Virus record (IMG/VR): IMGVR_UViG_3300033067_001005
Span: 1 to 64,000 of that record
Source of the DNA: a virus
Taxonomy: Duplodnaviria; Caudoviricetes
Reading direction: 5' to 3' (one strand)
DNA length: 64,000 bases
The translations under genes were made by a program, and so were the position numbers. The notes under the pieces were generated by a model. The model was not told where the DNA came from. It ran no database searches and saw only the letters and a program-made list of their open reading frames with translations. The stretch's first letter is position 1. Each line of letters starts with the position of its first letter. Positions 63,115-64,000 of the stretch are shown here, one piece after another.

Positions 63115-64000
63115 TAGGAAGGATATACGAACTGTAATCAAAGCCAAACTCACGACCGAGTTCTTCTTTCAGCCGCTGAACCGCGCTGCGTTCAAGTGGC
63201 TACTACAACACTATGCCAACCCGCTGTACGGGGACACTCCGTCCTGGGAAAGCTTCCAGCACTCGTTCTCCGGGTTCATCCCCGTAGAGCTAGACGACAG
63301 CATCCCGGCTCTCTGCTCCAAGGTCCGTGAACACAAGCTCTATAACGACATCGCTGCCACGCTTCAAGACGTGGCGGACACAACAACTGGAGACCCATTC
63401 TCTGGTCTAGACCGTCTGCGAGAGCTGACCTCCCACCTGTCTTCCCTTCACCGGGTAGACAGCATCATCGACATCAGGAGCCAGATCGAGACTCTAAGGG
63501 AAGAGTACTTCCGCATGAAGGAAAACCCTACGGGCCTCAAAGGGAAGCCCTACCCGTGGGACGCGCTCAATAGAGCCACCCTAGGAGCGCAGAACGGTCA
63601 GTACATCCTGATTTACGGCCGGCCGAAACGAGGCAAGACGTGGTACGGGCTCTATGTGTGCCAGACGTGGCACGCGCACGGGGACCGGCCGCTCATCCTC
63701 TCGCAGGAGCTATCGGACATCGAGATGTGCCGAAGGTACGTTGCTCTGTCCACCTGCGTTCCGTACGGGCTCTATCAGAGAGGTCAGCTGCCGCCAGACA
63801 TGGAGGCTGACTTCCTGGAGAACCTAACGGCGTTCATCGAGCAGCCTCCGGTGATGATTACCCAGCTGGCCTCCAGAGGAGAGCAGGCGCTAATCGACAT
63901 CGGCGCGCTCATCGACGAGTATGGAGCTACCTCCGTGTTCATCGATGGCGTACACAACCTCGGGGTGGACACTAAAGAGCTTTATGCTCTGTCCAAGGGG
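63062..64000 (+). CDS. dnaB: DnaB-like replicative helicase, truncated by the window end and absent from the ORF track
   Basis: Open frame from ATG 63062 (MSAAEIDWEAALISAI...) to the edge; PW..LN..T.G, Walker A YGRPKRGKT, LSQELS, Walker B VFIDG. Confidence 0.85.
   Translation, partial: MSAAEIDWEAALISAIVSRKDIRTVIKAKLTTEFFFQPLNRAAFKWLLQHYANPLYGDTPSWESFQHSFSGFIPVELDDSIPALCSKVREHKLYNDIAATLQDVADTTTGDPFSGLDRLRELTSHLSSLHRVDSIIDIRSQIETLREEYFRMKENPTGLKGKPYPWDALNRATLGAQNGQYILIYGRPKRGKTWYGLYVCQTWHAHGDRPLILSQELSDIEMCRRYVALSTCVPYGLYQRGQLPPDMEADFLENLTAFIEQPPVMITQLASRGEQALIDIGALIDEYGATSVFIDGVHNLGVDTKELYALSKG

Noticed and set aside
1-64000. The many minus-strand ORFs and alternate-frame plus-strand ORFs in the track
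   Set aside because: They lie opposite or inside well-supported + strand genes, lack RBSs and motifs, and are typical GC-rich shadow frames (e.g. 168..398 is the antisense of the collagen repeat).

Overview
This window is a segment of a tailed dsDNA phage genome (Caudoviricetes, contractile-tail/myovirus type). Spot counts put GC in the mid-50s %. Essentially every credible gene is on the + strand, tightly packed with ATGA/TAATG overlaps. Order: small accessory genes (1-13 kb, including RHH regulators, a collagen-like lipoprotein, an Acb2/Tad1-like protein, thyX, tRNA-Gln(TTG), two candidate cell-wall hydrolases and queC); a Prp-family cysteine protease and terminase large subunit; the head module (an apparently split portal, head-fibre/decoration genes, scaffold, N4-gp56-like major capsid); neck, sheath, tube, a -1-frameshifted tail chaperone, tape measure, baseplate and fibres (29-55 kb); then an SF2 helicase, a Tad2/DUF2829-like protein, a papain-like peptidase, a long RY-alternating hairpin, DUF932, an endonuclease VII and a DnaB-like helicase cut by the window edge. 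No integrase, CRISPR array or IS element was seen, and the host cannot be determined from this window. The two most notable candidates are (1) a phage-encoded Prp-like protease with a matching N-terminal tag, [FY]-L-x-T-F, on four proteins including the scaffold and the tail tube, and (2) a portal encoded as two separate ORFs with two paralogous basic genes inserted between them. All family calls come from motif recognition by eye; no database search was run.
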